Part shown: positions 9,298 through 19,410 of the stretch, piece by piece | Numbering within the stretch: position 1 is the stretch's first letter | Layout: the number at the start of each line of letters is the position of its first letter | From: a virus | Taxonomy: Duplodnaviria > Caudoviricetes | Reading direction: 5' to 3' (one strand) | DNA: 48,717 bases | Virus record (IMG/VR): IMGVR_UViG_3300020718_000016 | Location: 1 to 48,717 of that record | Notes under the pieces: model-generated | Told to the model about the DNA's origin: nothing | What the model saw: the letters and a program-made list of their open reading frames with translations, nothing else | Databases searched by the model: none | Program-made: the position numbers and the translations under genes

Positions 9298-10620
9298 TCA
9301 TTTCAAAATAACAAATTCACCCGAATCTGGTGACATTGATGCAATATATCTATACATTTCTTGAACAAAAGAGTCCGATTTAAAAATGATTATTGTTGTT
9401 TTTCCTTTTCCTTTTATTTCATCTGGACTCTGGTTATTTGCTTGAATCCAAGCAATAAAATCAGGAAAAACATTGTTTGTAACATTTAAAGCACTTTGTA
9501 AACTTCTATCATCATCGTAATCTTTTTTTATTATTTTCTTTGCAGCTTCAGATTTAGCACGTTTTAAATCTTTTTCTAATTTTTCTCGCTTCGGTTCCAT
9601 AATTTTTTGATATTTTTTTGAACCTGTATCCCAAGCTTTTCTAAAAATTTCAGCTTGAGCCGAATCAATCTTAGAAAAAACATCAACAAATATTCTCAAA
9701 GAAGCAATACCTCCACCTTTAGCTTGAGTGCCAGAAAATATTTCAGATTTAAAACCATCACTTTTTTCGCCGTTAGATGCATCATGTCTTATTTGAATAT
9801 AATCTTTAGGATTATCCGTTATTTGAAGTTGAATATCCCTAGTTTGTGGATTTTTAACAGTTGATTTTTTCCAAGGTTGTCTTAATTTTTTAAATTCAAG
9901 CTTTAAAAGTTCTTTAGCTTCTTCTTGTTTATTAAAATTGATAGGGTATATATTTACAGTTTTTGTTTGTTTCTTTAAAGAAATTGGCAATAAATCTCCA
10001 GATTTAATTAGACCATTAATTAATTCGTTTAGATTAACAAAGTGAAAGCTTTTTATGTTTGCTTTTACTTTATAATAATCATATTGAGTTTGAATAGCTT
10101 TTTTGGCCACCTCTTTAGCATAATAAATGTCGGCAGGAGACCATTTGTTTAAATCTCCGAATATGTTTCCATCATTTTTATTAGCTATTGAAAATAACTT
10201 TGAAATATTACCCATAACTTCACTATCTCCACGGTAATACCAAGCTGTTGATGTTAGTGTTGATGGTGCTGTAAAGTTTTTTAATTGGGGAATTTTATTA
10301 ATATCTTTAATAAACTTATCTGCAATTTTAACTGAAGAAGTATACCAATCTTTGTTCTCTGTTAAAAAGGTAAAAATTTCATTATAAGGTAAATTTGTTG
10401 ATATACCTGTAGCAGTAAATTTTTCATAAATGATTTGCGGATCATCTTGTTTATTTGGAAACAATTCCACCCAATGGTTAGTAAAACCTGTAAAATTTTT
10501 ATAATTTTCCAAATCAAAAATATCTTTTAAAGTTGCTTCACCTTTTTTAATAAGTGCGTAATCTCCTAATGCACAAAAGAAAGCCTGTGAAGATTCTGCT
10601 AGTGAGGTTTTAGTTGCCAT
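9298..10620 (-). CDS. Hypothetical protein, possible PD-(D/E)XK-fold nuclease
   Basis: 440 aa Lys-rich ORF; KWSPADIY...PISLKK pattern. Confidence 0.5.
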   Translation of the reverse strand: MATKTSLAESSQAFFCALGDYALIKKGEATLKDIFDLENYKNFTGFTNHWVELFPNKQDDPQIIYEKFTATGISTNLPYNEIFTFLTENKDWYTSSVKIADKFIKDINKIPQLKNFTAPSTLTSTAWYYRGDSEVMGNISKLFSIANKNDGNIFGDLNKWSPADIYYAKEVAKKAIQTQYDYYKVKANIKSFHFVNLNELINGLIKSGDLLPISLKKQTKTVNIYPINFNKQEEAKELLKLEFKKLRQPWKKSTVKNPQTRDIQLQITDNPKDYIQIRHDASNGEKSDGFKSEIFSGTQAKGGGIASLRIFVDVFSKIDSAQAEIFRKAWDTGSKKYQKIMEPKREKLEKDLKRAKSEAAKKIIKKDYDDDRSLQSALNVTNNVFPDFIAWIQANNQSPDEIKGKGKTTIIIFKSDSFVQEMYRYIASMSPDSGEFVILK

Positions 10621-10623
10621 GTA

Positions 10624-11733
10624 TCACCTAATAATTTGAATGTCTTTTCCTGAGGTCCAGATTTCAAGTTCTGTTCTTAATCTACCCTCAGATTTAAGGG
10701 TTTCGTATCTATTTATAGCCTTACTCCGCCACCATTCAATAATGTTAGACAATTCGTGTTTATGATAATTCTCACCAGGAATTAAGGTATCAGTTTTACA
10801 GTTCATGTAATCTACTGTATTTTTGAATCCGTAATCAGAAGTATAATATCTTTTCTTCTCTGTCAACTTTTTAGCGTTCTCAATCGTTAAAGAGAATGCC
10901 TCTCCTTCAGAACTTCCTTTAAGAGCAGCTTTAGTAAGAGCAATCATTTTGGTAAAAGTTCTTAACTTTACGCTAGTATTTGATGTATCTTCTCCTAACA
11001 AATTTCCTACTTTACTTTCCACATAATTTTTTAAATCTGTATATCGTTCACCGTGCATCATTGGTACAATATCAGATTCGGTGAGACCTTGAAAACGAAT
11101 GTAAGGTTTCATACCATCATATTGTGATACCGTTTTAGTGCTACCATATAAACTGGTAGTTTCAAATAGACATAAATTCATACCATATTTTTTATTACAG
11201 TATTCTCTTACGGTATGACTGGTACAAATGGCAGCCAAAAGTTTACCACCAAGATAATTAAATCCAAATGGCTGAGATGGCACAATTGCAAAACCCATGG
11301 CACAAGAAGCATTAAACCTTTTGGCAGTATCTTCATTTTGAATCCAAACTTGTCCTAGGTAGTCATTACGAGGTTTCATATAGATTACTGGTGAACCTAA
11401 ACGAATGAATCCTAGAATTTTTCCTGAGTTACGTTCTTTAACGGCAAGTTTAATATTCTTACCAACTGGTGCTTTATTAATGTGAGAACTCGTAATAGAA
11501 AGTAATGTTTCCCAAGTATCGTTAGGTATTTCACAAACTTCAATGTCCATATCTTTTGGATGTATTGAGAAATCCGAAAACAAATCATCTTCAATAGGAA
11601 ACAATGATTGTGGTATGTTTGATAGTGATTTTATTTTTTCATCTCTCATATATTCTTCAGTAGTTCCAATATTACTAAAGTAATCGTGAAATGACTTTGC
11701 TACATGGAGAGCATCAGCTCTTTCAAGTATCAT
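10624..11733 (-). CDS. DUF4338/DruA-like protein (paralogue A)
   Basis: IVPSQPFGFNYLGGKLLAAIC, FETTSLYG, SQYDG. Confidence 0.75.
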   Translation of the reverse strand: MILERADALHVAKSFHDYFSNIGTTEEYMRDEKIKSLSNIPQSLFPIEDDLFSDFSIHPKDMDIEVCEIPNDTWETLLSITSSHINKAPVGKNIKLAVKERNSGKILGFIRLGSPVIYMKPRNDYLGQVWIQNEDTAKRFNASCAMGFAIVPSQPFGFNYLGGKLLAAICTSHTVREYCNKKYGMNLCLFETTSLYGSTKTVSQYDGMKPYIRFQGLTESDIVPMMHGERYTDLKNYVESKVGNLLGEDTSNTSVKLRTFTKMIALTKAALKGSSEGEAFSLTIENAKKLTEKKRYYTSDYGFKNTVDYMNCKTDTLIPGENYHKHELSNIIEWWRSKAINRYETLKSEGRLRTELEIWTSGKDIQIIR

Positions 11734-13112
11734 ATTTTGAAACCTTCAAATTTCTTACTAGGTTGAATTTTGTTAAATGCTCCAATTGGTGCTTTACCAG
11801 CATCAGCAATACCTTGTTGAGCCGATTGTTCAACATCATACAATCTCATCTTTGCACGGTCAACACCAATCGTGAATCTCTTATAGTGTGTTGGATCATT
11901 GTAACGATTCTTTAATTGTTTTACCATCATTTGGCCAAGTTCTTCTAAATCTTCAGAAGAAATCAAAGCAAACATCAAGTCTGCTGTGGCGGGAAGTCCG
12001 AAGCTTTCACTCGTATCTTCAAGTCCTGGATCACTGCTCGTAAATCCGCTTCTGGTAGTTTGAGTTGCAGATACAATAGGAACATTATACTCAACCGCCA
12101 ATCCTCTAAGCTCTTCAGCAATGCTCTTGACATAAGTGTAGGAGTTAATATTCGCACCAGCCTTAATACGGGAAGAACAACAGATATTAAGATAATCAAC
12201 AAAGATAATATCAGGTACAAAACTACGTTTAAGATTAAGTTCATTTAATAATGTCCTAAAGTGTGAAACAGAAGCAGATGCGGTTGGATATTCTTTGATG
12301 ATTAATTTGCCATATGTTTTTTCACGGACTTTGGCAACTTTCTTATCATACATATCTTTTGGTAAGTCCATCAAGTCATCAAGAGTTACATTCAATAAGT
12401 TTGCATCTATTCTTTCGGCAATTTTTTCTTCAGCCATTTCAAGAGTGATGTATAATGCGTTCTTACCTTGCACCATAGCGCCTGCTGCCACATGGCACAT
12501 GAACAAAGATTTACCAACACCCGTACCTGCAAGAGCAATATTGAGAGTTTTAGCTGGTAGACCCCCTTTTGTAATCTTGTTGAAGTATTCGAGGTCAAAA
12601 GGAATCCGCTCTTCTTTTCTATGGTAGAAATCAAAGCGAGCATCAGAGTTTTCAAGATAGTCATGTCCTACGGTCGTATCAAATGAAACGGCCAAGGCGT
12701 CCGATAGTATAGAGGGAATCGCACCTTTGTCATGGCTTTTGTCTTTACCATCGAGAATTGAAATAGCCCGTAATACACCATTGTAAATGGCCTTCTCTTG
12801 GCAAAACTTTTCGGTCTTGTCAACAAGCCATTGAACCTCGGTTTGTTCTTTGCTATGAGTTTCAATTTCTTTGAGATACGATTCACATCCCTCAACTTCT
12901 TCAGATGTAAGATTACTCTTTTCTTTGACGGCAATACTAATTGCTTCAACCGATGGCGGAGAATTGTAAGTTTCCGTGAATGATGTAATTTCATTGAATA
13001 ATGTTCTTTCGGTTCTGTCCGAAAAATAATCAGATTTTAAAAACGGTAATACTTTTCTTAGATACTCCTCATTGAATATCAATGATTTGATTATCGCTTG
13101 TTCCAGTTTCAT
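11730..13112 (-). CDS. 41: Replicative DNA helicase gp41
   Basis: LAGTGVGKS Walker A, ITLEMAEE, IFVDYL, SATQTTR, QLKNRY. Confidence 0.96.
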   Translation of the reverse strand: MKLEQAIIKSLIFNEEYLRKVLPFLKSDYFSDRTERTLFNEITSFTETYNSPPSVEAISIAVKEKSNLTSEEVEGCESYLKEIETHSKEQTEVQWLVDKTEKFCQEKAIYNGVLRAISILDGKDKSHDKGAIPSILSDALAVSFDTTVGHDYLENSDARFDFYHRKEERIPFDLEYFNKITKGGLPAKTLNIALAGTGVGKSLFMCHVAAGAMVQGKNALYITLEMAEEKIAERIDANLLNVTLDDLMDLPKDMYDKKVAKVREKTYGKLIIKEYPTASASVSHFRTLLNELNLKRSFVPDIIFVDYLNICCSSRIKAGANINSYTYVKSIAEELRGLAVEYNVPIVSATQTTRSGFTSSDPGLEDTSESFGLPATADLMFALISSEDLEELGQMMVKQLKNRYNDPTHYKRFTIGVDRAKMRLYDVEQSAQQGIADAGKAPIGAFNKIQPSKKFEGFKI

Positions 13113-13392
13113 CAATTATTTCCTGCTCAATGTTAGATGACATAAGCTCAACGAGCAAGTCACCAATATAGTTTTTAAATGCTTCATCTTTTTCCAATTT
13201 TCTTGGCTTCATTACATCGGATTCTATCACATCATAACCAAAAAGTAAATGGATTTGCTCACCTTTTTCTTCAAACTTTACCTTACCATACTTGTAAATG
13301 GTACCTTTGTAAGGCCCCTCAAGAAATTTAATATGAACTCCTTGAGCATCTTCTTTGGGGTAGATATAACAGTAATCAACACCTTCAATCAT
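13069..13392 (-). CDS. gp40-like protein (head vertex assembly chaperone position)
   Basis: Sits between uvsX and 41 as T4 gene 40 does; similar size. Confidence 0.55.
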   Translation of the reverse strand: MIEGVDYCYIYPKEDAQGVHIKFLEGPYKGTIYKYGKVKFEEKGEQIHLLFGYDVIESDVMKPRKLEKDEAFKNYIGDLLVELMSSNIEQEIIDETGTSDNQIIDIQ

Positions 13393-14461
13393 CTTCTACT
13401 CCGTTAGTTGTCTCCAATTCAAATGCTTGGTCAACATCTTCTTGCATGATACCACTAGTGGAAATTTGATAGGTATCTTGAACATACTTTTGAAAAGATT
13501 TTTGTTTTAGAATTGGTAACCAGAATTCTGAGGTATCGGTTTCTTTAATGCGATATTTCTTATCTTCTATAACGCCATCTGAATCCACCTTACTGTACCA
13601 CCCATTAGATGGCTTAACAACATGGCCTGAATCCAAAGCAATATCAAGTAGTCCACTCCAACGACTAATACCACCATCATGACGAACTGTAACAGGAATT
13701 TTAGACTTTTCTTTAACATATCTTGATTTCTCCACGTTAATAATGAAGTTATATCCAACAACTTCTGTACCTTCTTTTTCTTGCTGACGGCCAATGATAA
13801 AGATATTATCAGCCGAGTAATATGAACCTGTGCCACCGCCAACGATTGCTTTAGGGAACATTCCAATTTCCATGTAAGTGTGATTCACTACAATCATTGG
13901 AATATCTTTGAGTGATAGATGTGGTGTCACCATTCTGAATAATGATTTAACGGCTTTTGCTCTTGACATATCACCAACAGTTTTGCCCTCTAAAGCATCA
14001 TTAACTTCTTTGATTGATGCCAAATTACCAATCGAATCAACAACAATAATTAAATGGTCACCTCGTTCAACTTCATTCATTTGTTGCATGATATCAATTT
14101 TTAATTTTTCAATATCGGTAATAGGAGTATGAAGAACACGATTAGTATCAATACCAAAAGAGTCGAAGTAGGATTGCGGTGTGCCGAATTCCGAATCATA
14201 GAATAGTAGTGCTGCATCAGGATATTTGTCCAAGTAAGATTTGGCCATCAAAAGTGAGAAAGCAGTCTTAAAGTGTTTTGATGGACCTGCCCACATTGTA
14301 AGACCTGGTGTTAAGCCACCATCTAATTTACCACTCAATGCCACATTGATAATTGGCACAGAAGTGGGAATCATATCCTTATCAGTAAAAAACTTTGATT
14401 TGGATAGAATAGCCGAATCTTTAATTGTGCTATTCTTTTTAATTTTATCTAATATACTCAT
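13385..14461 (-). CDS. uvsX: RecA-like recombinase UvsX
   Basis: AGPSKHFKT, FYDSEFG, DSIGNLAS, VGGGTG. Confidence 0.96.
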   Translation of the reverse strand: MSILDKIKKNSTIKDSAILSKSKFFTDKDMIPTSVPIINVALSGKLDGGLTPGLTMWAGPSKHFKTAFSLLMAKSYLDKYPDAALLFYDSEFGTPQSYFDSFGIDTNRVLHTPITDIEKLKIDIMQQMNEVERGDHLIIVVDSIGNLASIKEVNDALEGKTVGDMSRAKAVKSLFRMVTPHLSLKDIPMIVVNHTYMEIGMFPKAIVGGGTGSYYSADNIFIIGRQQEKEGTEVVGYNFIINVEKSRYVKEKSKIPVTVRHDGGISRWSGLLDIALDSGHVVKPSNGWYSKVDSDGVIEDKKYRIKETDTSEFWLPILKQKSFQKYVQDTYQISTSGIMQEDVDQAFELETTNGVEDD

Positions 14462-14471
14462 GTTTCATCCT

Positions 14472-15491
14472 TTAAAAGTCACCGCCATCTACATTCTTTT
14501 CTTTAAAAGCAAATTCAGCATTATAATCATACTTAGGTTCTAGTTTTTTTTTAGGTGGTTCTTCAACCACTTCATGGTGTTCTGAATAAATTCCAGGACC
14601 ATGCACTTCAACTCTCTTAATAGTTTGACCTGTAAATGGATCAACAGGCTCAGGTATCTTAATTGGTTCTACCGGTTCTTCTTCAATCTCGGCAATATTT
14701 TCCTTATCAACTTTAACCTTATCATCTTCTTCAGGCTTAGGTGTTTCAGGTTCTTTTTTTGGTACAAATACCGGAATATCACTTGGAGTTAATCCAACAA
14801 TTTCACCGTGTTTAACAATAGGAGTACCTTCTTTTTGTTTCATACTCATATTTGCTGCTATCAATAATAACACAGCTAGCGGGTCAAATACAACCATAAT
14901 TAACATGATTACCAATCTTACTGCTTTATCAATGGCATTATCATCATCTGTACCATAAATCATATCACCAACATACTTGATAGGTCCTACTTCTGCCACA
15001 AGTTTATTGGATTCTTTTAGTAATGGTAATTTCTTCTTACTAATCTCATTCAGTTCTTTTTGGGTATCTTGAATCTGTTTATCTAAACGATTACTTGCCG
15101 TTGATGGATCCTTGGCACGAGCAAGTAAATAATCCAACCTTTCTTTGGCAATCTTCTCTTGCTGATTAAGAGTTTTTACTTCTACCATATTGGCACCAGC
15201 ATCAAGTGTAGAATCAATATGTGCTTTAGAAAGATAACCGAAAATACCCATTGAAGTAATGAGCATCAAAATAACAACAGCAGTTGTCAAATATGACTTT
15301 AATAAAAAGGGACAGTTCTTCCAATTACGATATAACCATGATGTAGTAACCAGTTTACTGGCTTCAAGAACTGAACCCATAAAGACGATTGGCCAAAATG
15401 CGCCGGTAAAGATTGCAGCCAATCCAATGACTGAATAATATGCTGCAATACCTGATAGTGCTAATGCGCATAGTAATGTTAAGTATATCAT
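14472..15491 (-). CDS. Multi-pass membrane protein with coiled coil and acidic Pro-rich tail
   Basis: Three N-terminal hydrophobic segments, coiled coil, then VVFDPLAVLLLIAA segment. Confidence 0.7.
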   Translation of the reverse strand: MIYLTLLCALALSGIAAYYSVIGLAAIFTGAFWPIVFMGSVLEASKLVTTSWLYRNWKNCPFLLKSYLTTAVVILMLITSMGIFGYLSKAHIDSTLDAGANMVEVKTLNQQEKIAKERLDYLLARAKDPSTASNRLDKQIQDTQKELNEISKKKLPLLKESNKLVAEVGPIKYVGDMIYGTDDDNAIDKAVRLVIMLIMVVFDPLAVLLLIAANMSMKQKEGTPIVKHGEIVGLTPSDIPVFVPKKEPETPKPEEDDKVKVDKENIAEIEEEPVEPIKIPEPVDPFTGQTIKRVEVHGPGIYSEHHEVVEEPPKKKLEPKYDYNAEFAFKEKNVDGGDF

Positions 15492-18025
15492 GAGAAAAAT
15501 CCTTCTAGTGTGCTAGTTTTTTCTGTTGTCCACTTCATGCAATCTAAAATAACTTTAATCGGTTCAATAAATGCCTTTTCAAATTGAACATCGTAATCAA
15601 TATAATCATGTAGGCCAAATTCTTTGGGTAAACTATTGGGGAAAGATATCACAGTATCTTTAAAAGGATTTGGCATTTTGAGATAACTATACTTCAGTTT
15701 CTCGCCTTCTTGAATGAGTGGGTATTTCTTGGTTAAACCTTTTTCTTTTAGATAGTGATTATAGAGAATGGCACCTTTAACATGAATTGGTGTGCCTTTC
15801 TCATATAACGACAATGTGCTAGTATATTTAGATAATCCGTTACAACCTCTAGGTGAGGAGATTTCTTCTGGAGGCAGTCCTTTAAACTCTTTTCTAAAAT
15901 CAGCAATAAATTTTTGCACATCTTCTTCTGTGCCATTTACCATGAGTTTAATAAGTTCTTTCATCTTCTCACGAATGACCGATGGGGTGGAAGATTTGAC
16001 CATCTCTAAACCCATCACTTTGAGTTGCGGTTCTTTGTATTGAACTCCTTCATTATTATACACATTGAGAATGTAACGCTTCTTGGCAGTCCAGATTCCT
16101 TTATCTGACAATCCTTCACGTTTCATTTCCATTTTTTGAGAATACGCACACACATAGTCTGCCAACTCTTTATAACTCTTGTCAATAAAAGGTTGAATTT
16201 TATCCTCACATATACGGTCCATGATGGAGATAACTTTTGAAGTTTCAGTTGGTGTTTTAACAATGCTATCAACCAATGGACCAAGGTTGAGATAAATCGA
16301 ATCTGTATCTGATGCAATAACATAATCTTTCTCACTTTTTAATAATTTGTTCATCCAATTGTTAAGCTTTGCTTCAATCCAACGAATACTTAATTGTCCA
16401 GAAGTAGTAACACCAAGGGCCATACGTAAATCATAAAAACGGAAATATTGAGAACCGAGAGCGCCATAAGCAGAATTAAGACCAACTTTCTTGGCGAGTT
16501 GGATGTTATTGTATTTGGCAATTCGTTTTTCAATTTCATATTTTTTGGATTCATCAGTTTCATTTTCATATTCCTGTTTTGCTTGAAGCATCAATTTTTT
16601 AAACTTTTTTCGGTCAGTATACATTTCTTCCATCATTCTTGGTAAGAAACCTTGAATGTCGGTACGAAAGAATTGACCGTTGGGAGTTATTGTTGCACCT
16701 TTGAGTTTAGATGTGTCTACCGATTTGCTCAATAGTTTATCAACAGAAACACCATTGGAAAGAATCTCACGCATTTCATCTGTATAGTTTTCTGGTTCAA
16801 TCAATGTTTCAGGACTTATATTGAATTGCATCATGAGGTGGGGGTAAAGTGAATTTAGGTCAAAGCTGGCAACATAATGGTGCATACCAACTTGCACTTC
16901 TTTAACATATGCGCCTTCAAACATTCCATCTTTTGATTTAATCACTTTTGGTGGAACAATAATGCCTTTCTCAAACAGATAAGCATAAGTCAATGAATCC
17001 CACATACGAGTTTGAGCAAATACATCTTCAAAGTTTGTCTTGGTATCATATGCCAAAGTTACTGCCAGTTCGAGCAGTTTCAACTTTTCTTCTAGTTTAA
17101 AAATCAATTCAACGTCTTTGATATTATACTCAATAAACTTTTGAAAGTTCAAACGATAAAGAGAATGTAGATTATCATATTCATCATAAGAGATTTTGCC
17201 TTCACCGAGTTCAACATTGGCAATAGCATCTAAACGATAACTCTCTTGTGACTTTCCACCAGGAGCATACCATTTGTATAGTTCAATATAATCAAGTGAT
17301 TCAACACCCATAATATTATAGGCAATCATCTCACGACCATTGATGACTGTCTTTCGTTCACCAATATAATTCCATGGTGATAATTTCTTGGCTTCATCTT
17401 CACCAAGAATTTTACGAAAACGATTAATCAAATATGGTTCATCAAAGAACTTTGTATTCCAACCAGTCAGAATATCAGGATAGTTATCTTTCCAAAATGC
17501 CATGAATTGTTTGCAAAGAGAATATTCATCTTTACATTTCACATATACTTCTTCACCTTGCACTTCATAATCACCACAAGCAAATACAAATGCCGATTTA
17601 CCAAAGTTCATAAACTTCACACAGATTGCTGTGATAGGTTCATTTGCTTTATAAGGATCAGGAAATCCATTCTCTGAACCAACCTCAATATCAACTACTG
17701 CAATTTGAATTTTATCAAAGTCATAATCAACCATACCTGTATGCTGGTCAGCAATAAAAGCATATTCAAATCGAGTTTGTCCATAAATCTTAGGACCGTT
17801 AGACACGCCATTAAATTGCTTAATATAATCACGTGCATCATTGATTCGACCAAAGATTTTCTGGTCAAGATAATCACCTTCTAATGAAGTAAAATTGGTG
17901 ATTTTTTTAGATGGAATGTAGAGAGAAGGAGAATACTCAATCTTCTCTCTTACTCTTTTTCCGTTTTGAATGCCTCGATAAAGTATGTTATTACCGAAAG
18001 ACTGCACATTAGTATAGAAATTCAA
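15488..18025 (-). CDS. 43: Family B DNA polymerase gp43
   Basis: DIEV exonuclease motif, SFDLNSLYP, KKVGLNSAYG, ASDTDS; TTG start; no intein. Confidence 0.97.
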   Translation of the reverse strand: MNFYTNVQSFGNNILYRGIQNGKRVREKIEYSPSLYIPSKKITNFTSLEGDYLDQKIFGRINDARDYIKQFNGVSNGPKIYGQTRFEYAFIADQHTGMVDYDFDKIQIAVVDIEVGSENGFPDPYKANEPITAICVKFMNFGKSAFVFACGDYEVQGEEVYVKCKDEYSLCKQFMAFWKDNYPDILTGWNTKFFDEPYLINRFRKILGEDEAKKLSPWNYIGERKTVINGREMIAYNIMGVESLDYIELYKWYAPGGKSQESYRLDAIANVELGEGKISYDEYDNLHSLYRLNFQKFIEYNIKDVELIFKLEEKLKLLELAVTLAYDTKTNFEDVFAQTRMWDSLTYAYLFEKGIIVPPKVIKSKDGMFEGAYVKEVQVGMHHYVASFDLNSLYPHLMMQFNISPETLIEPENYTDEMREILSNGVSVDKLLSKSVDTSKLKGATITPNGQFFRTDIQGFLPRMMEEMYTDRKKFKKLMLQAKQEYENETDESKKYEIEKRIAKYNNIQLAKKVGLNSAYGALGSQYFRFYDLRMALGVTTSGQLSIRWIEAKLNNWMNKLLKSEKDYVIASDTDSIYLNLGPLVDSIVKTPTETSKVISIMDRICEDKIQPFIDKSYKELADYVCAYSQKMEMKREGLSDKGIWTAKKRYILNVYNNEGVQYKEPQLKVMGLEMVKSSTPSVIREKMKELIKLMVNGTEEDVQKFIADFRKEFKGLPPEEISSPRGCNGLSKYTSTLSLYEKGTPIHVKGAILYNHYLKEKGLTKKYPLIQEGEKLKYSYLKMPNPFKDTVISFPNSLPKEFGLHDYIDYDVQFEKAFIEPIKVILDCMKWTTEKTSTLEGFFS

Positions 18026-18026
18026 T

Positions 18027-18338
18027 TTAACCTGTAATGATTTGTTTTGTTGGAGGAACTACAATACCAGAACCAAAAATTTGATTGTAATTATTAACAA
18101 AATCTTGTGCTGGAACATAAGAGTATACTACACTACGCTTAGGTATGGCAATAGTAGCATCTGGTTTTTGTTCAGCATGAAGTGGAAACGGAGCAAGGCC
18201 TACGCTAGGTTGACCGTCTTTACCACGAACCATGGCAATACCAACTGGATTTACTAAAATATAATGAGTGTCATCCACAGATTCTACTTCAGATAAAACC
18301 TCTTCCCCCGTAACCAATTTTAAGATTTGAATGTCCAT
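18027..18338 (-). CDS. Sm-like-fold phage protein
   Basis: MDIQILKLVTGEEVL...YNQIFGSGIVVP; ATG 18338 with AGG RBS. Confidence 0.7.
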   Translation of the reverse strand: MDIQILKLVTGEEVLSEVESVDDTHYILVNPVGIAMVRGKDGQPSVGLAPFPLHAEQKPDATIAIPKRSVVYSYVPAQDFVNNYNQIFGSGIVVPPTKQIITG

Positions 18339-18352
18339 AATTACCTTTCTGT

Positions 18353-18360
18353 TATAAATA
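18353..18360 (+). promoter_or_regulatory. T4-type late promoter
   Basis: Exact TATAAATA upstream of the plus-strand ORF at 18431. Confidence 0.7.
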
Positions 18361-18381
18361 TAAACAATGATTTGAACATTA

Positions 18382-18410
18382 ATTATACTATTTTTTGTCC
18401 CTATTGTCAA
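18382..18410 (-). promoter_or_regulatory. Sigma70 early promoter for the polymerase operon
   Basis: TTGACA-17nt-TATAAT perfect consensus. Confidence 0.85.
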
Positions 18411-18430
18411 TCAAATAACGGTATATTTTA

Positions 18431-18859
18431 ATGTTAGATCCATTATCTGGTGGCGTGAATGTGCTTAAAGGCGCCAATCAAATGAGCAAAGACTTAGGTG
18501 GTATTGTTGGTGACCAACAAGCCGCTATGGAAAATGCTGTCCGAGACCAACACAAAAAACGTATGGAAGCTGCCGCTCGAAAAGCATACGAACAATCAAT
18601 TGAAGAATTTAAAGCTTTTGAAGCTTACGAAAAGCAAAAATCTCACGAAAAAGAAGTAGCAAGAATCAAAGCACAAGCCATGGCAAAATATGGTAATCAA
18701 GCATGGAATGAAATAGGGGCTTTGAAGCTAAAACTAAGAAAAGAAAAGGAACAAGAAGAAGAATTAATGGATGCTGACCGACACAAAGTCCAGGAATTGT
18801 TCTGGTGGTGTATGACAGTTGCGGCATTAATTACATACTTCTTTAAACTGTATAAATGA
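18431..18859 (+). CDS. Coiled-coil protein with a C-terminal membrane anchor
   Basis: ORF track; C-terminal LFWWCMTVAALITYFF. Confidence 0.7.
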   Translation: MLDPLSGGVNVLKGANQMSKDLGGIVGDQQAAMENAVRDQHKKRMEAAARKAYEQSIEEFKAFEAYEKQKSHEKEVARIKAQAMAKYGNQAWNEIGALKLKLRKEKEQEEELMDADRHKVQELFWWCMTVAALITYFFKLYK

Positions 18860-18978
18860 AGAAATCAATGCAACCAACAGTATTCATAGGAATACTGATT
18901 CTATTGCTTACTCTAATGGTATTAGAATCTGATTCAACAAAACAAAATACGAAACAAACAACTTCTGCACAAAAATAA
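18856..18978 (+). CDS. Small single-TM protein (40 aa)
   Basis: ATGA overlap with previous stop; MKKSMQPTVFIGILILLLTLMVLESD... Confidence 0.5.
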   Translation: MKKSMQPTVFIGILILLLTLMVLESDSTKQNTKQTTSAQK

Positions 18979-19013
18979 AGAAAACTATATATTATAAATT
19001 AACTGAGGTTATT

Positions 19014-19106
19014 ATGAATAAGTTGCCATTACTAGTATTCACGATTATCATGACTTGTGTAATATTAATTAATTACATGGAAATCATGGCCAAATCGCAG
19101 GGCTAG
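19014..19106 (+). CDS. Small hydrophobic peptide (30 aa)
   Basis: GAGG RBS; MNKLPLLVFTIIMTCVILINYMEIMAKSQG. Confidence 0.45.
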   Translation: MNKLPLLVFTIIMTCVILINYMEIMAKSQG

Positions 19107-19260
19107 GTTCTTTTACTTTTTGTCTTTGTTCTTGTTCCCGTTCTATACGGCGGAACTCATCATCTTCATTCTTTGAATCTTGTTCTTTAACCGGATCAGG
19201 TTTGACAATGGTGTAAATTTCAATTGGTGGAACACCACCTTTTTCCAAAGGTTGTGTCAT
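19084..19260 (-). CDS. Small hypothetical protein (58 aa)
   Basis: MTQPLEKGGVPPIEI...EDDEFRRIEREQ; ATGA overlap with the upstream ORF. Confidence 0.5.
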   Translation of the reverse strand: MTQPLEKGGVPPIEIYTIVKPDPVKEQDSKNEDDEFRRIEREQEQRQKVKEPSPAIWP

Positions 19261-19397
19261 CTTCCTCTACCTGCCTTTCGCATGATATTAGGTTTTACTT
19301 TTAATGCTGGTTTAGGTTGAACTGGTTTGACCGCACCTTTATTTTTAATTTCAGGCACATTAGGAACTCTTTTAGTATTAGATTTAATCACACTCAT
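19257..19397 (-). CDS. Small basic protein (46 aa)
   Basis: AAGGAGA RBS right after tRNA-Met; MSVIKSNTKR...NIMRKAGRGR. Confidence 0.6.
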   Translation of the reverse strand: MSVIKSNTKRVPNVPEIKNKGAVKPVQPKPALKVKPNIMRKAGRGR

Positions 19398-19410
19398 AAT
19401 ATCTCCTTGT

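Noticed and set aside
10624-11733. Druantia defence system
   Set aside because: Only DUF4338-like genes are present; no DruE helicase or other Dru genes, and the context is a phage core region
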